DNA of 37,640 nt from a virus. A program made the position numbers and the translations under genes. Of this stretch, positions 9,358-17,876 are shown in pieces; the first letter of the stretch is position 1; each line of letters begins with the position of its first letter. The stretch lies in the UHGV virus genome UHGV-1707198; one strand, written 5' to 3'. The notes below the pieces were generated by a model, which searched no databases, was not told the origin of the DNA, and was given only the letters and a program-made list of their open reading frames with translations.

Positions 9358-12300
9358 ATGTGGTACAGGGAAGGTACTATCACATTTACACAGGGCAGCA
9401 ATACTCTGGTTGGGGCAGGGACAGCCTGGAACGTAACAGCTAATGGTGTGTTGCCGGGGATGATCGTCATTGGCCCCGACAATAAGCTGTATGAGATCAA
9501 GCGCGTAACCAGTGATACGAACATTGTTCTCTCAGAACCCTATACCGGCGAAACTCAGTCTGAAGTTCCGTGCCGAATCATTACGACCTATGAAGGCGAC
9601 TTAACACAGTTTAGCGCGCGCTTTACAGCACTAATGTCGCGTATGTCGGCTGATTCCAAGTCCATGCGCAGTTGGTTGACTGCTCTGGATGAGGTGACAA
9701 TCGAGCGTGAAGACGGTACAGAAGTGACCGTTAAGCCGCTAATGCAGATCGTCAACGAGCACAACGAAAACGTTGAGTGGTATAAAAATAACACTGACGC
9801 GATTGATGCTGCTGGCGACAAAGCTCGTGAGGCGGCGGCCAGTGCTGCCGCAGCAGCAGAAAGCGCCAATACCGCTGGAGAAAAAGCCTCTCAAGCGTCT
9901 CAAAGTGCATCCGCTGCAGAGTCCTCAAAAAGCGCGGCGGCCACCAGTGCCGGTGCCGCGAAAACGTCTGAAACGAATGCTGCAGCGTCACAAAAATCTG
10001 CAGCCACTTCTGCATCCACCGCGACCACGAAGGCGTCAGAAGCTGCCACCTCAGCCCGGGATGCGGCGGCCTCAAAAGAGGCAGCGAAATCATCAGAAAC
10101 GAGCGCAGCCTCGAGCGCCAGTAATGCCGCTTCCTCGGCAACGGCGGCAGGAAATTCCGCGAAGGCGGCAAAAACGTCCGAGACGAACGCCAGGTCTTCT
10201 GAAACGGCAGCGGGACAGAGCGCCTCGGCTGCGGCAGGCTCAAAAACAGCGGCTGCGTCGTCTGCCAGTGCCGCGTCAACAAGTGCCGGGCAGGCCTCAG
10301 CCAGTGCCACCGCCGCCGGAAAATCGGCAGAAAGTGCCGCATCATCTGCTTCAACAGCCACAACGAAGGCTGGCGAAGCCACTGAACAGGCCAGCGCAGC
10401 AGCGAGGTCTGCTTCCGCAGCGAAGACATCCGAAACGAACGCGAAAGCGTCGGAAACCCGTGCAGAATCCTCAAAAACGGCAGCCGCATCGTCCGCCAGT
10501 TCGGCAGCGTCATCGGCATCATCTGCGTCTGCTTCAAAAGATGAGGCGACCAGACAGGCGTCAGCAGCGAAGGGCAGCGCCACGACGGCATCCACGAAAG
10601 CAACAGAGGCGGCAGGCAGTGCGACGGCAGCATCTCAGAGCAAAACTGCTGCTGAATCCGCTGCGACCCGTGCGGAAGCTGCTGCTGATCGTGCTGAAGA
10701 GATTGCCGGTGCAGTTGCGATGGAAGACGCAAGCCTTACAACTAAAGGTGTTGTGAAACTTAGCAGTGCTGTCGACAGCACCAGTGAATCGCTGGCCGCA
10801 ACGCCAAAAGCAGTTAAAGTAGTCAATGACAATGCGAACAGCAGGGTGCCATCTAACCGAAAAATTAACGGGAAAGCACTGACTGCGGATATCACATTAA
10901 CGCCGAAAGATATTGGTACTTTAAATTCAATAACGATGTCTTTCTCTGGCGGGGCCGGGTGGTTCAAACTGGCTACTGTTACAATGCCACAAGCGAGTTC
11001 CATCGTTTACATCGCATTGATTGGTGGCGCTGGTTACAACGTCGGCTCCCCACATCAGGCAGGCATTTCAGAACTGGTTCTACGAGCAGGCAATGGAAAC
11101 CCCAAAGGGATTACAGGTGCTTTGTGGAAGCGTACAGCTGTCGGATTAACGAATTTCGCCTGGATCAACACATCCGGCGATACATATGATATTTACGTTG
11201 AAATTGGCAATTATGCGACGAGTGTAAATATCCATTGGGATTGTACTGCAAATGCGTCAGTTTCTGTTTATACATCGCCAACATATTCAGCGAGTAAGCC
11301 TTCCAGCGTTACCGATGGTGTTGTTTATACGATGTATAGCACACATCAGAAACCGACGCCGTTAGATATTGGAGCACTGCCAACAACCGGAGGAACAGTT
11401 TCAGGTCCGTTGTCTGTTACTGGTGGGATCACCGGAACATTAAATGGTAATGCAAGTACAGCAACGAAATTGCAGACGGCAAGATCTATCGGTGGAGTTG
11501 GTTTCGACGGTTCTGCAAATATCAACCTTCCAGGTGTAAACACTACGGGTAATCAGAACACCACTGGTAATGCTGCAACTGCTACAAAACTTCAGACTGC
11601 AAGAAAAATATCCGGTGTTCCATTTGATGGTTCTACTGATATCACTTTAACCGCTGCGCATGTTGCCGCTTTCGCAAGAAGGGCAACAGGGTCATATGCG
11701 GATGCTGATGGTGGCGTGCCGTGGAATGCTGAATCTGGTGCTTACAATGTAACTAGAACAGGCGACAGTTATATTCTTGCCAACTTTTATACCGGTGTAG
11801 GTAGTTGCCGTACGCTTCAAATTAAAGCTCACTATAAAAATGGTGGTCTGTTCTACCGTTCCTCAAGAGATGGCTATGGTTTTGAAAGTGGTTGGGAGCA
11901 GGTTTACACGACTGGATTTATGCCTCAGCCGGCTGATATAAACGCACCAACCGCTGCCGCTGGATGGTTAAATAGTGGTAACGGAACGGCATTTACGACT
12001 GCTCAATTTATAACTTGGCTAAACAATCAGGGGGCATTTACAAACAAACATTGGATCGCACGGTGCTCATGGACTTACGCCAACAATAATTATATAGACG
12101 ACACTGGTTGCGGTAGGATCGATCTATCTGGTTCCGTGATTGAGGTGTTTAGTAATAAGGCAACAAGCCACTACACTATTCGTGTTACAACGACAACAAC
12201 ATCAGGTCATGGTGGTGTTAATAATGCGGAATTTATTTATGTGTACAATGGGAGTGATTATGCGCCAGGCTGGCGTCGTTCTTATAACACTAGAAACAAA

Positions 12301-13656
12301 CCAACAGCTTCTGATGTAGGAGCATTACCGCTTTCAGGTGGCACATTATCTGGAGGGTTGACGTCTTCTGGTGAGATCGTTTCAAAATATGCAAATGGTT
12401 TCCGCATTGCTTACGGTAACTACGGGTTCTTTATCCGTAATGACGGCGGCAGCACATATTTCATGCTAACAGCATCAGGAGATACGTTAGGTTCATGGAA
12501 CAGTTTGCGACCGATTATAATTAATAATAGCAGCGGTGTTGTGTCTATTGGTAATGGACTAAATGTTACTGGTGGCGTAAATGGTAGCTTGAATGGCAAT
12601 GCTTCAACAGCTACGAAGTTGCAAACAGCGAGAAACATCAATGGTGTTAAGTTTGATGGTTCAGGTGATATCAATATTAATACATTGGTTTCTCGTGGTC
12701 GAGTTACGGCTTTAAGCGGTTCTACTCAAGGTACTGCTGGCATTCAAATGTACGAGGCGTACAACAATAGCTACCCGACCACGTATGGCAACGTATTGCA
12801 CATGAAAGGTGCGAGTGCTGCTGGTGAGGGCGAGTTGCTTATTGGCTGGAGTGGTACGAGCGGTGCACATGCGCCGGTTTTCATTCGCTCCAGAAGAGAT
12901 ACCACTGATGCGGCATGGTCAGCGTGGGCGCAGGTATATACCGCTAAGGATTCAATCCCTGGTGTGAATACAACCGGTAATCAGAATACTACTGGTAATG
13001 CCGCAACAGCCACAAAATTGCAGACAGCAAGGAAAATTGCTGGTGTGGCGTTTGATGGCTCTGCCGATATTACTTTGACTGCGGCTAACCTTAATGCTTA
13101 TACGAAAACAGAGGTAACAAACCTTCTAAGTTCCTATGCAAGCAGATCATCACTGACAGGCTATAGTGGCAACCTGGATATTATTGCTGAAACACTGGTT
13201 GTCAAATCAGGCGGTAGTGGAGGGTTTGCTATATGGGATATTGGCACAACTACTAGCGGTGCCAATATGTACATTGATCCAAACCCAGGTATCAATACAG
13301 TTTGGCGTTCAACATCTTCAAGGCGCTATAAAAAGGATATTGAAACATTACAAGATCGATATGCTGATGAACTTTTGTCATTAAGACCTGTTTGGTATCG
13401 TTCAATTTGTCGAGGTGACCGAAAGGATTGGGGGTATTACGGCCTTATTGCTGAAGAGGTTGGTGAGATTGCCCCGCAATATGTCCATTGGCGTGAACCA
13501 ACAAATAATGATTCTCCAGGAGATATTTCCTCAAATGGTATGGTCGCTGAAGGAGTGATGTATGAGCGTTTGGTTGTACCACTCATTCATCATATTCAGC
13601 AATTGACCAAAAGGGTTGAGGAGCTTGAAACGAAGTTAAATTCACCTAAAGAATAA
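9358..13656 (+). CDS. side tail fibre protein with C-terminal S74-type intramolecular chaperone domain
   Basis: 1432 aa; GGAG ribosome-binding site. Ala/Ser/Thr-rich degenerate repeats (KTSETNA, SASAA) at residues about 160-460, like lambdoid Stf-type fibres as I recall them. Repeated GNASTATKLQTARxIxGVxFDGSxDI fibre motifs. C-terminus (DIETLQDRY...GLIAEEVGEIAPQYVHW) resembles the self-cleaving chaperone of T5 pb1 and endosialidase-type fibres. Confidence 0.8.
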   Translation: MWYREGTITFTQGSNTLVGAGTAWNVTANGVLPGMIVIGPDNKLYEIKRVTSDTNIVLSEPYTGETQSEVPCRIITTYEGDLTQFSARFTALMSRMSADSKSMRSWLTALDEVTIEREDGTEVTVKPLMQIVNEHNENVEWYKNNTDAIDAAGDKAREAAASAAAAAESANTAGEKASQASQSASAAESSKSAAATSAGAAKTSETNAAASQKSAATSASTATTKASEAATSARDAAASKEAAKSSETSAASSASNAASSATAAGNSAKAAKTSETNARSSETAAGQSASAAAGSKTAAASSASAASTSAGQASASATAAGKSAESAASSASTATTKAGEATEQASAAARSASAAKTSETNAKASETRAESSKTAAASSASSAASSASSASASKDEATRQASAAKGSATTASTKATEAAGSATAASQSKTAAESAATRAEAAADRAEEIAGAVAMEDASLTTKGVVKLSSAVDSTSESLAATPKAVKVVNDNANSRVPSNRKINGKALTADITLTPKDIGTLNSITMSFSGGAGWFKLATVTMPQASSIVYIALIGGAGYNVGSPHQAGISELVLRAGNGNPKGITGALWKRTAVGLTNFAWINTSGDTYDIYVEIGNYATSVNIHWDCTANASVSVYTSPTYSASKPSSVTDGVVYTMYSTHQKPTPLDIGALPTTGGTVSGPLSVTGGITGTLNGNASTATKLQTARSIGGVGFDGSANINLPGVNTTGNQNTTGNAATATKLQTARKISGVPFDGSTDITLTAAHVAAFARRATGSYADADGGVPWNAESGAYNVTRTGDSYILANFYTGVGSCRTLQIKAHYKNGGLFYRSSRDGYGFESGWEQVYTTGFMPQPADINAPTAAAGWLNSGNGTAFTTAQFITWLNNQGAFTNKHWIARCSWTYANNNYIDDTGCGRIDLSGSVIEVFSNKATSHYTIRVTTTTTSGHGGVNNAEFIYVYNGSDYAPGWRRSYNTRNKPTASDVGALPLSGGTLSGGLTSSGEIVSKYANGFRIAYGNYGFFIRNDGGSTYFMLTASGDTLGSWNSLRPIIINNSSGVVSIGNGLNVTGGVNGSLNGNASTATKLQTARNINGVKFDGSGDININTLVSRGRVTALSGSTQGTAGIQMYEAYNNSYPTTYGNVLHMKGASAAGEGELLIGWSGTSGAHAPVFIRSRRDTTDAAWSAWAQVYTAKDSIPGVNTTGNQNTTGNAATATKLQTARKIAGVAFDGSADITLTAANLNAYTKTEVTNLLSSYASRSSLTGYSGNLDIIAETLVVKSGGSGGFAIWDIGTTTSGANMYIDPNPGINTVWRSTSSRRYKKDIETLQDRYADELLSLRPVWYRSICRGDRKDWGYYGLIAEEVGEIAPQYVHWREPTNNDSPGDISSNGMVAEGVMYERLVVPLIHHIQQLTKRVEELETKLNSPKE
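11532..11660 (+). repeat. intragenic direct repeat copy A (fibre motif block)
   Basis: About 130 bp at roughly 80% identity to 12961..13090; both encode GVNTTGNQNTTGNAATATKLQTARKI(S/A)GV(P/A)FDGS. Confidence 0.7.
12961..13090 (+). repeat. intragenic direct repeat copy B (fibre motif block)
   Basis: Partner of 11532..11660; a third, shorter related copy lies at about 12590..12690. Confidence 0.7.
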
Positions 13657-13671
13657 ACAACTTCAATCGGG

Positions 13672-13697
13672 GCTGGAACTAAACCAGCCCCTGCTTA
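13672..13697 (+). terminator. putative rho-independent terminator after the tail fibre gene
   Basis: GGGGCTGG-aactaaa-CCAGCCCC hairpin followed by a T/A-rich run. Confidence 0.45.
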
Positions 13698-13716
13698 AAA
13701 GTATAAGGATATATTT

Positions 13717-13971
13717 ATGAGCTATGGTGCACAGGTTTGGTCGCCATCAAGACAGGAGATGGTCGATGCGTTGGCCCCTGTTTATTACCTCGATTATTTT
13801 ACTCCCTCTGGTTCAGGAAGTAGAACATATGAGGTTGAGGCGGGATTGGGAATCGACTATTACATAATGGACGTAACCAATGGAAAATACACAAGTCTTA
13901 CGGTTTCTGGAAATACCATTTCGTGGTCTGGAGCTAGTGGTAATTTAAACATATTGGTTTTTCAAAAATAA
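13717..13971 (+). CDS. hypothetical protein
   Basis: 84-aa ORF; its stop overlaps the next start (TAATG), implying translational coupling. Confidence 0.35.
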   Translation: MSYGAQVWSPSRQEMVDALAPVYYLDYFTPSGSGSRTYEVEAGLGIDYYIMDVTNGKYTSLTVSGNTISWSGASGNLNILVFQK

Positions 13972-14579
13972 TGTACGGAAGCAAGATATATCGATCTGAC
14001 GGGAAGGTCTGGATGTCTCCTTCTTTGTCTCCTATCGTTTTTCAGAGAAAGCAGGTTGTTTCTTTGTCCGGCGGGACAGAGTTTAACACCCAAATATCTC
14101 CAGATCGTTCACCGATGATTTTTGTTGCCTATTCGAAAGCTGTTTCATTAATAGCCAACAGAATAGTGCGTAACAACCAGGTGATTTACAGTTTCGGAGG
14201 TCAGGGTAGCGACTCTAGTGCCACGATATACGTATTTTCGAAAGGTATAGCCAAAAAAGAAACTTGGGGCATGAGTTTTTTCAATGCGCGAGGAGAGGAG
14301 ATCTATAATACGGCAAATATCCCACTTTCATTTACCTTTCTTAATAATACGGAGTGGAACAGTTCTGGAGGGCATGTTTTTGATTACCCGCCAGCGATAA
14401 TCCCAACATATGCAAATGTGTTCGCGGTTCCAGTACCGGGCGGGGCCATGACAATGGTTTATGGATATGCGGCATATGGAAATACTGTTAGCTCTATATT
14501 CGTAAACCAACTTAATGGCGGCCATAGTTTTAGTGTAAATGGCAGAGTACCGGTAATAAATAGAAATCTGTATAACTGA
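13971..14579 (+). CDS. hypothetical protein
   Basis: 202-aa ORF coupled to the upstream small ORF; lower GC than the tail genes; no motif recognised. Confidence 0.4.
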   Translation: MYGSKIYRSDGKVWMSPSLSPIVFQRKQVVSLSGGTEFNTQISPDRSPMIFVAYSKAVSLIANRIVRNNQVIYSFGGQGSDSSATIYVFSKGIAKKETWGMSFFNARGEEIYNTANIPLSFTFLNNTEWNSSGGHVFDYPPAIIPTYANVFAVPVPGGAMTMVYGYAAYGNTVSSIFVNQLNGGHSFSVNGRVPVINRNLYN

Positions 14580-14589
14580 TGAGTAAACG

Positions 14590-14820
14590 ATGAAAAGATT
14601 ATTTCTAACAATAGCTGTTGTTCTCTCTCTTACTGGCTGCCAGAAATTGCCGACACCTATATGTTATGGTGAGGCTATCATTGGTGGACAGGAGACAGTC
14701 ATACCCATATATGCTGTTAAAAAAGTGAACGACTATACCTTATACAAAGCGGGTAGCATCTATAACTGGCGATGGGTTGGAGTAGGTGCTTTCTCATCAG
14801 TCCGTTGCAATGCTGAATGA
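14590..14820 (+). CDS. small lipoprotein (signal peptide plus lipobox LTGC)
   Basis: N-terminus MKRLFLTIAVVLSLTGC has a basic n-region, hydrophobic core and a lipobox cysteine; 76 aa. Confidence 0.55.
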   Translation: MKRLFLTIAVVLSLTGCQKLPTPICYGEAIIGGQETVIPIYAVKKVNDYTLYKAGSIYNWRWVGVGAFSSVRCNAE

Positions 14821-14839
14821 TAGGTAAGCACACACCTAC
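14818..14839 (+). promoter_or_regulatory. recurrent motif, copy upstream of the holin-like gene
   Basis: TGATAGGTAAGCACACACCTAC; shares TGATAGGTAAGCACA with the copy at 26935. Confidence 0.4.
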
Positions 14840-14889
14840 AACAAAAGGGTGAAATGTGATATAAATCCGCCATCCCGATTTGACTTTTC

Positions 14890-15225
14890 ATGGAGGAAAA
14901 TATGTCGAACGAGATGGCGGGCGTTACAACAGAGCAAGTTGAGCGTATTGCCGCGATCGTTGCTCGGGAGGTTGTTGGTAAATTAGGTAAAGAGCTACGT
15001 GAAGAAATTGGCCAAGAGGTCAATGATCAGCTGAAAACCTACTTTGGTGATATGACCCCGGCGCAACATAGTATTCAACACTCCAATCTGGACAAACTCC
15101 TTAACCGGTTAGATTCCATCTCCAGTGGGTTCTTTGGCGGCATTGTTTCTAAAATAACGTCGTTCATTATTACTGCACTGCTTTTGGGGTTAGCCGCGTA
15201 TGGCGTAAAAAATGGACTGCAATAA
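14890..15225 (+). CDS. putative holin-like membrane protein (single C-terminal transmembrane helix)
   Basis: 111 aa with a C-terminal hydrophobic helix (ITSFIITALLLGLAAYGV); called holin only by position directly upstream of the putative endolysin and spanins. Topology is atypical for a holin. Confidence 0.3.
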   Translation: MEENMSNEMAGVTTEQVERIAAIVAREVVGKLGKELREEIGQEVNDQLKTYFGDMTPAQHSIQHSNLDKLLNRLDSISSGFFGGIVSKITSFIITALLLGLAAYGVKNGLQ

Positions 15226-15238
15226 CAGGAGATCAAGG

Positions 15239-15931
15239 ATGAAGACTCCGAGAGGCATTCGTAATAATAACCCCGGTAATCTTGATAAAGGATCACCGTG
15301 GCAAGGTCTGGTTGCGAATCCAGACGAACCGCGCTTTTGCACGTTTAAAGACCCTGTTTGGGGGATTCGTGCGCTGGCGGTGACTCTAATTACCTACCAC
15401 GACAAACGTCGCGCAAAAGACGGCTCAAGTATCGATACCATTCGTGAAGTTATTGAACGTTGGGCACCGCCGAATGAAAACAACACTGACGCCTACATTA
15501 ATGAGGTGTCTAAAGCCGTTGGTGTAACCGCAGACATGATCATCGATCTGCATGATTACGACATCCTTCGACCTTTGGTTGAGGCAATCATTCGCCATGA
15601 GAATGGGCGAGGTCCGCTAAAAACGCTGAACACCTGGTATGCGGCAGAAGTTATTGAGGAAGGTCTGCGTCGAGCTGGCGTCGTTAAGCCGGTGAAAACC
15701 GTGAAGGCTGTTCCTGTAACTAAAGAAACCGCAGGCGCAACTGTTACAGCAGGTATTGGTCTGGCACAGCTGGCCGATGTTATGCCACAGGTTTCCGCTG
15801 CTATGGATAAAGCACAAGGTCATATCTCTAGCGGGGATACAGTACGCATCATCTTCGGTATTGCCACTATTGTTGTGGCAGGATTCATTGCCTGGTCGCA
15901 GGTAAGAAAACACCAGAAAGGGATGGTCTAA
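15239..15931 (+). CDS. putative endolysin / cell-wall hydrolase with C-terminal membrane anchor
   Basis: AGGAG ribosome-binding site before the ATG at 15239. Sits between the holin-like gene and the spanins. GIRNNNPGN motif near the N-terminus, which I associate with a phage cell-wall hydrolase family but cannot verify here; C-terminal hydrophobic helix IIFGIATIVVAGFIAW. Confidence 0.4.
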   Translation: MKTPRGIRNNNPGNLDKGSPWQGLVANPDEPRFCTFKDPVWGIRALAVTLITYHDKRRAKDGSSIDTIREVIERWAPPNENNTDAYINEVSKAVGVTADMIIDLHDYDILRPLVEAIIRHENGRGPLKTLNTWYAAEVIEEGLRRAGVVKPVKTVKAVPVTKETAGATVTAGIGLAQLADVMPQVSAAMDKAQGHISSGDTVRIIFGIATIVVAGFIAWSQVRKHQKGMV

Positions 15932-15932
15932 T

Positions 15933-16184
15933 ATGCTAGGCAGCCTGATGACAAAGCTAAAAGTTGCTTTGATTACGCTGGCTGCCGTTCTTTTCGTTCT
16001 GGTCGGCGCTTACACGATGGGCGGGAATGCGGCGCGACGAGCAATGGAAGAGAAGGCAAAACAGGAAGACAGAAAACGACTTCAAAGCACAGTGGATGTC
16101 AAAAATGAAACGGTTAATGAAGTGCGACAAAAAGATGCCTCTGGTGTTCATCGCGAGCTGTTTGATAAATGGGTGCGTGATTAA
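15933..16184 (+). CDS. putative i-spanin (Rz-like)
   Basis: 83 aa; N-terminal transmembrane helix then a charged helical region; starts 1 nt after the endolysin stop. Confidence 0.5.
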   Translation: MLGSLMTKLKVALITLAAVLFVLVGAYTMGGNAARRAMEEKAKQEDRKRLQSTVDVKNETVNEVRQKDASGVHRELFDKWVRD

Positions 16185-16341
16185 GACGCAGGCTCCAGGC
16201 GTGCTATTCTGCGATGCTGCAAATCCTATCTATGTGAGTAGAGAGGATTTTATGACTGAGGAAACGGAGCGACAGTTGCTTATCCACAATACGATAGGTG
16301 AAAGGCTGTGTGAGTGGGGGGCACCTGAACTGAGTCGATGA
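16105..16341 (+). CDS. putative o-spanin lipoprotein (Rz1-like), overlapping the i-spanin in another frame
   Basis: Alternative-frame ORF overlapping the 3' end of the i-spanin gene and extending past it; signal peptide with lipobox FIASC or LINGC; start codon chosen by eye. Confidence 0.45.
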   Translation: MKRLMKCDKKMPLVFIASCLINGCVIKTQAPGVLFCDAANPIYVSREDFMTEETERQLLIHNTIGERLCEWGAPELSR

Positions 16342-16550
16342 TTGATCTCAGTTTACCTTTTATCCTAAAGATGGCATCTTCACTCATATACACGCCTGTT
16401 CACTCAAGCTCATGTTGAATCATTTAGTAATTTGATGTAGATTTATTAGGCATCCACGTAAGTGGGCACATACAGGCTACGCATTCTCGTAGCCTTCAAC
16501 CCCGAGAGGGGTGCCGCAATGACACTTGTGTTAACGGCTAAGGTGGATAT

Positions 16551-16970
16551 ATGCTAAATTATCATGACAATACGCGTTCTATGCAGACGATCCGCACCAA
16601 TACTGCGGTTATCGACAGCTTTCCTATGCGTATTCACAACAGTGAAGACGCAGTAGAAGTGCGACGTATGTTGTGCCGTGAATCAGCTAACCGCCAGCAC
16701 TTCATCGTCACTTTTAAGAGCGATGTGGCGCGTGCCGAAAAGGTCTCTAATTCTACGTCACTGGTTAAACCGTTGGCCGAGGTTGTCGCTAACGGTAAAC
16801 GAACCTCTTTTGTTTTAGATGTTGCTGAACAATATCCTGACTTGAAGTGTTTAGATCGTGATATTTCTTCACGAATCAAACAAGTTGTAGAGTCTTTTAT
16901 GAAGAAATTCTGTAAAATCGATGATATGGAACCATCAACGGCACAGAATACTTCATGGCACCATCTCTAA
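16551..16970 (+). CDS. hypothetical protein
   Basis: 139-aa ORF with AAGGTGGA ribosome-binding site; overlaps the next gene by 16 nt. Confidence 0.4.
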   Translation: MLNYHDNTRSMQTIRTNTAVIDSFPMRIHNSEDAVEVRRMLCRESANRQHFIVTFKSDVARAEKVSNSTSLVKPLAEVVANGKRTSFVLDVAEQYPDLKCLDRDISSRIKQVVESFMKKFCKIDDMEPSTAQNTSWHHL

Positions 16971-17728
16971 TTGGTCAGGCGAACAGATTAATCCCTGAAA
17001 TAGAAGACTACAGCAAGGTCTTGTCTGAAATGCCGAGAGCGACGAGAATTATCGCTCTCGGTGAGTTCTATTTTATCTCCCGAGGTTTCGATCTAATTCG
17101 ATTTACCGAATACGAGCTTGTTGATTCGGCCTATGAACGCTGTATTGTTGGCGAGTGTCTTGAGTCATGTGATCCTGATTACCAAGAGCAGGAAGTTAAG
17201 CGACTCAAACGTGCTGGTTACACACCTCTTGAGATAGGAGCAGAAATTGAATCCTACAAGTTGCATGTGGGGCAGCCAGTCCAAACAGTCTTCCGCGTGG
17301 CCTACTGCGAGTTTCCAATCAAGGATAAATCTGGAGTAAAAGTCAGCGCCAAGCAGATTAGAGGGGTTTTTACTCATGCTGATTATATGGGATTAGGCAT
17401 CGCAAGTTTTGCTTACCTTTATCTCGTAGATAAGTATCAGTACTTGGTTTGCGATACGTTACAGACGATAAAAGGCGCAACTCTTTGGGCTGTGAGTATG
17501 CGCAAACATGGACTGGTCGAAATTTACGATACGAAGAACGAAAATTTTATAGAGGAATTGGGTGAGGATGCCTGTGGCGTAAGTGGTTTTATTCCGTGGG
17601 ATATCGGTAAGTCTGACGGAGGCCAGATGCGAAGACGTGAAGAGTGGGGGACTAATAAAATCAATCTCACCCCAGGTGCTTGTACTCATATAGTGAACAT
17701 TCTGAGTAAACGATCTATGAATCAATAA
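16955..17728 (+). CDS. hypothetical protein, possibly acetyltransferase-like
   Basis: 257 aa; the HADYMGLGIASFAY segment loosely resembles a GNAT acetyl-CoA-binding motif; weak. Confidence 0.35.
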   Translation: MAPSLIGQANRLIPEIEDYSKVLSEMPRATRIIALGEFYFISRGFDLIRFTEYELVDSAYERCIVGECLESCDPDYQEQEVKRLKRAGYTPLEIGAEIESYKLHVGQPVQTVFRVAYCEFPIKDKSGVKVSAKQIRGVFTHADYMGLGIASFAYLYLVDKYQYLVCDTLQTIKGATLWAVSMRKHGLVEIYDTKNENFIEELGEDACGVSGFIPWDIGKSDGGQMRRREEWGTNKINLTPGACTHIVNILSKRSMNQ

Positions 17729-17755
17729 ACCCGCTACGGCGGGTTTGTTGTTATT
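17727..17755 (+). terminator. rho-independent terminator
   Basis: AAACCCGC-tacg-GCGGGTTT hairpin followed by GTTGTTATT. Confidence 0.55.
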
Positions 17756-17760
17756 AAGCC

Positions 17761-17780
17761 CACCTATGTACCTATCATTA
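17761..17780 (-). promoter_or_regulatory. recurrent motif, inverted orientation
   Basis: Reverse complement reads TAATGATAGGTACATAGGTG; lies just after the terminator at 17727..17755. Confidence 0.3.
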
Positions 17781-17876
17781 AACCTTTACACCGCAGCCGT
17801 AGGCATTTAGGCTATATCACATATAAGAAAACAAGTTGTTTCAGACGATAATTATATACGCAAAGGGAACTCTCCA

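Noticed and set aside
9830-10730. Collagen-like or mucin-like domain in the fibre N-terminal region
   Set aside because: No Gly-X-Y periodicity; the composition is Ala/Ser/Thr/Lys/Glu with a KTSETNA-type unit, which is better explained as a fibre shaft repeat.
9752-10756. Long ORFs in alternative frames and on the opposite strand across the fibre gene (9773..10756 +, 9752..10732 -, 9900..10595 -, 10635..11003 -), with Pro/Arg/Gln-rich or Ala-rich translations
   Set aside because: They lie entirely inside the GC-rich Ala/Ser-codon repeat region of the tail fibre gene, where stop codons are rare in every frame. The translations are low-complexity and lack start contexts, so they are artefacts.
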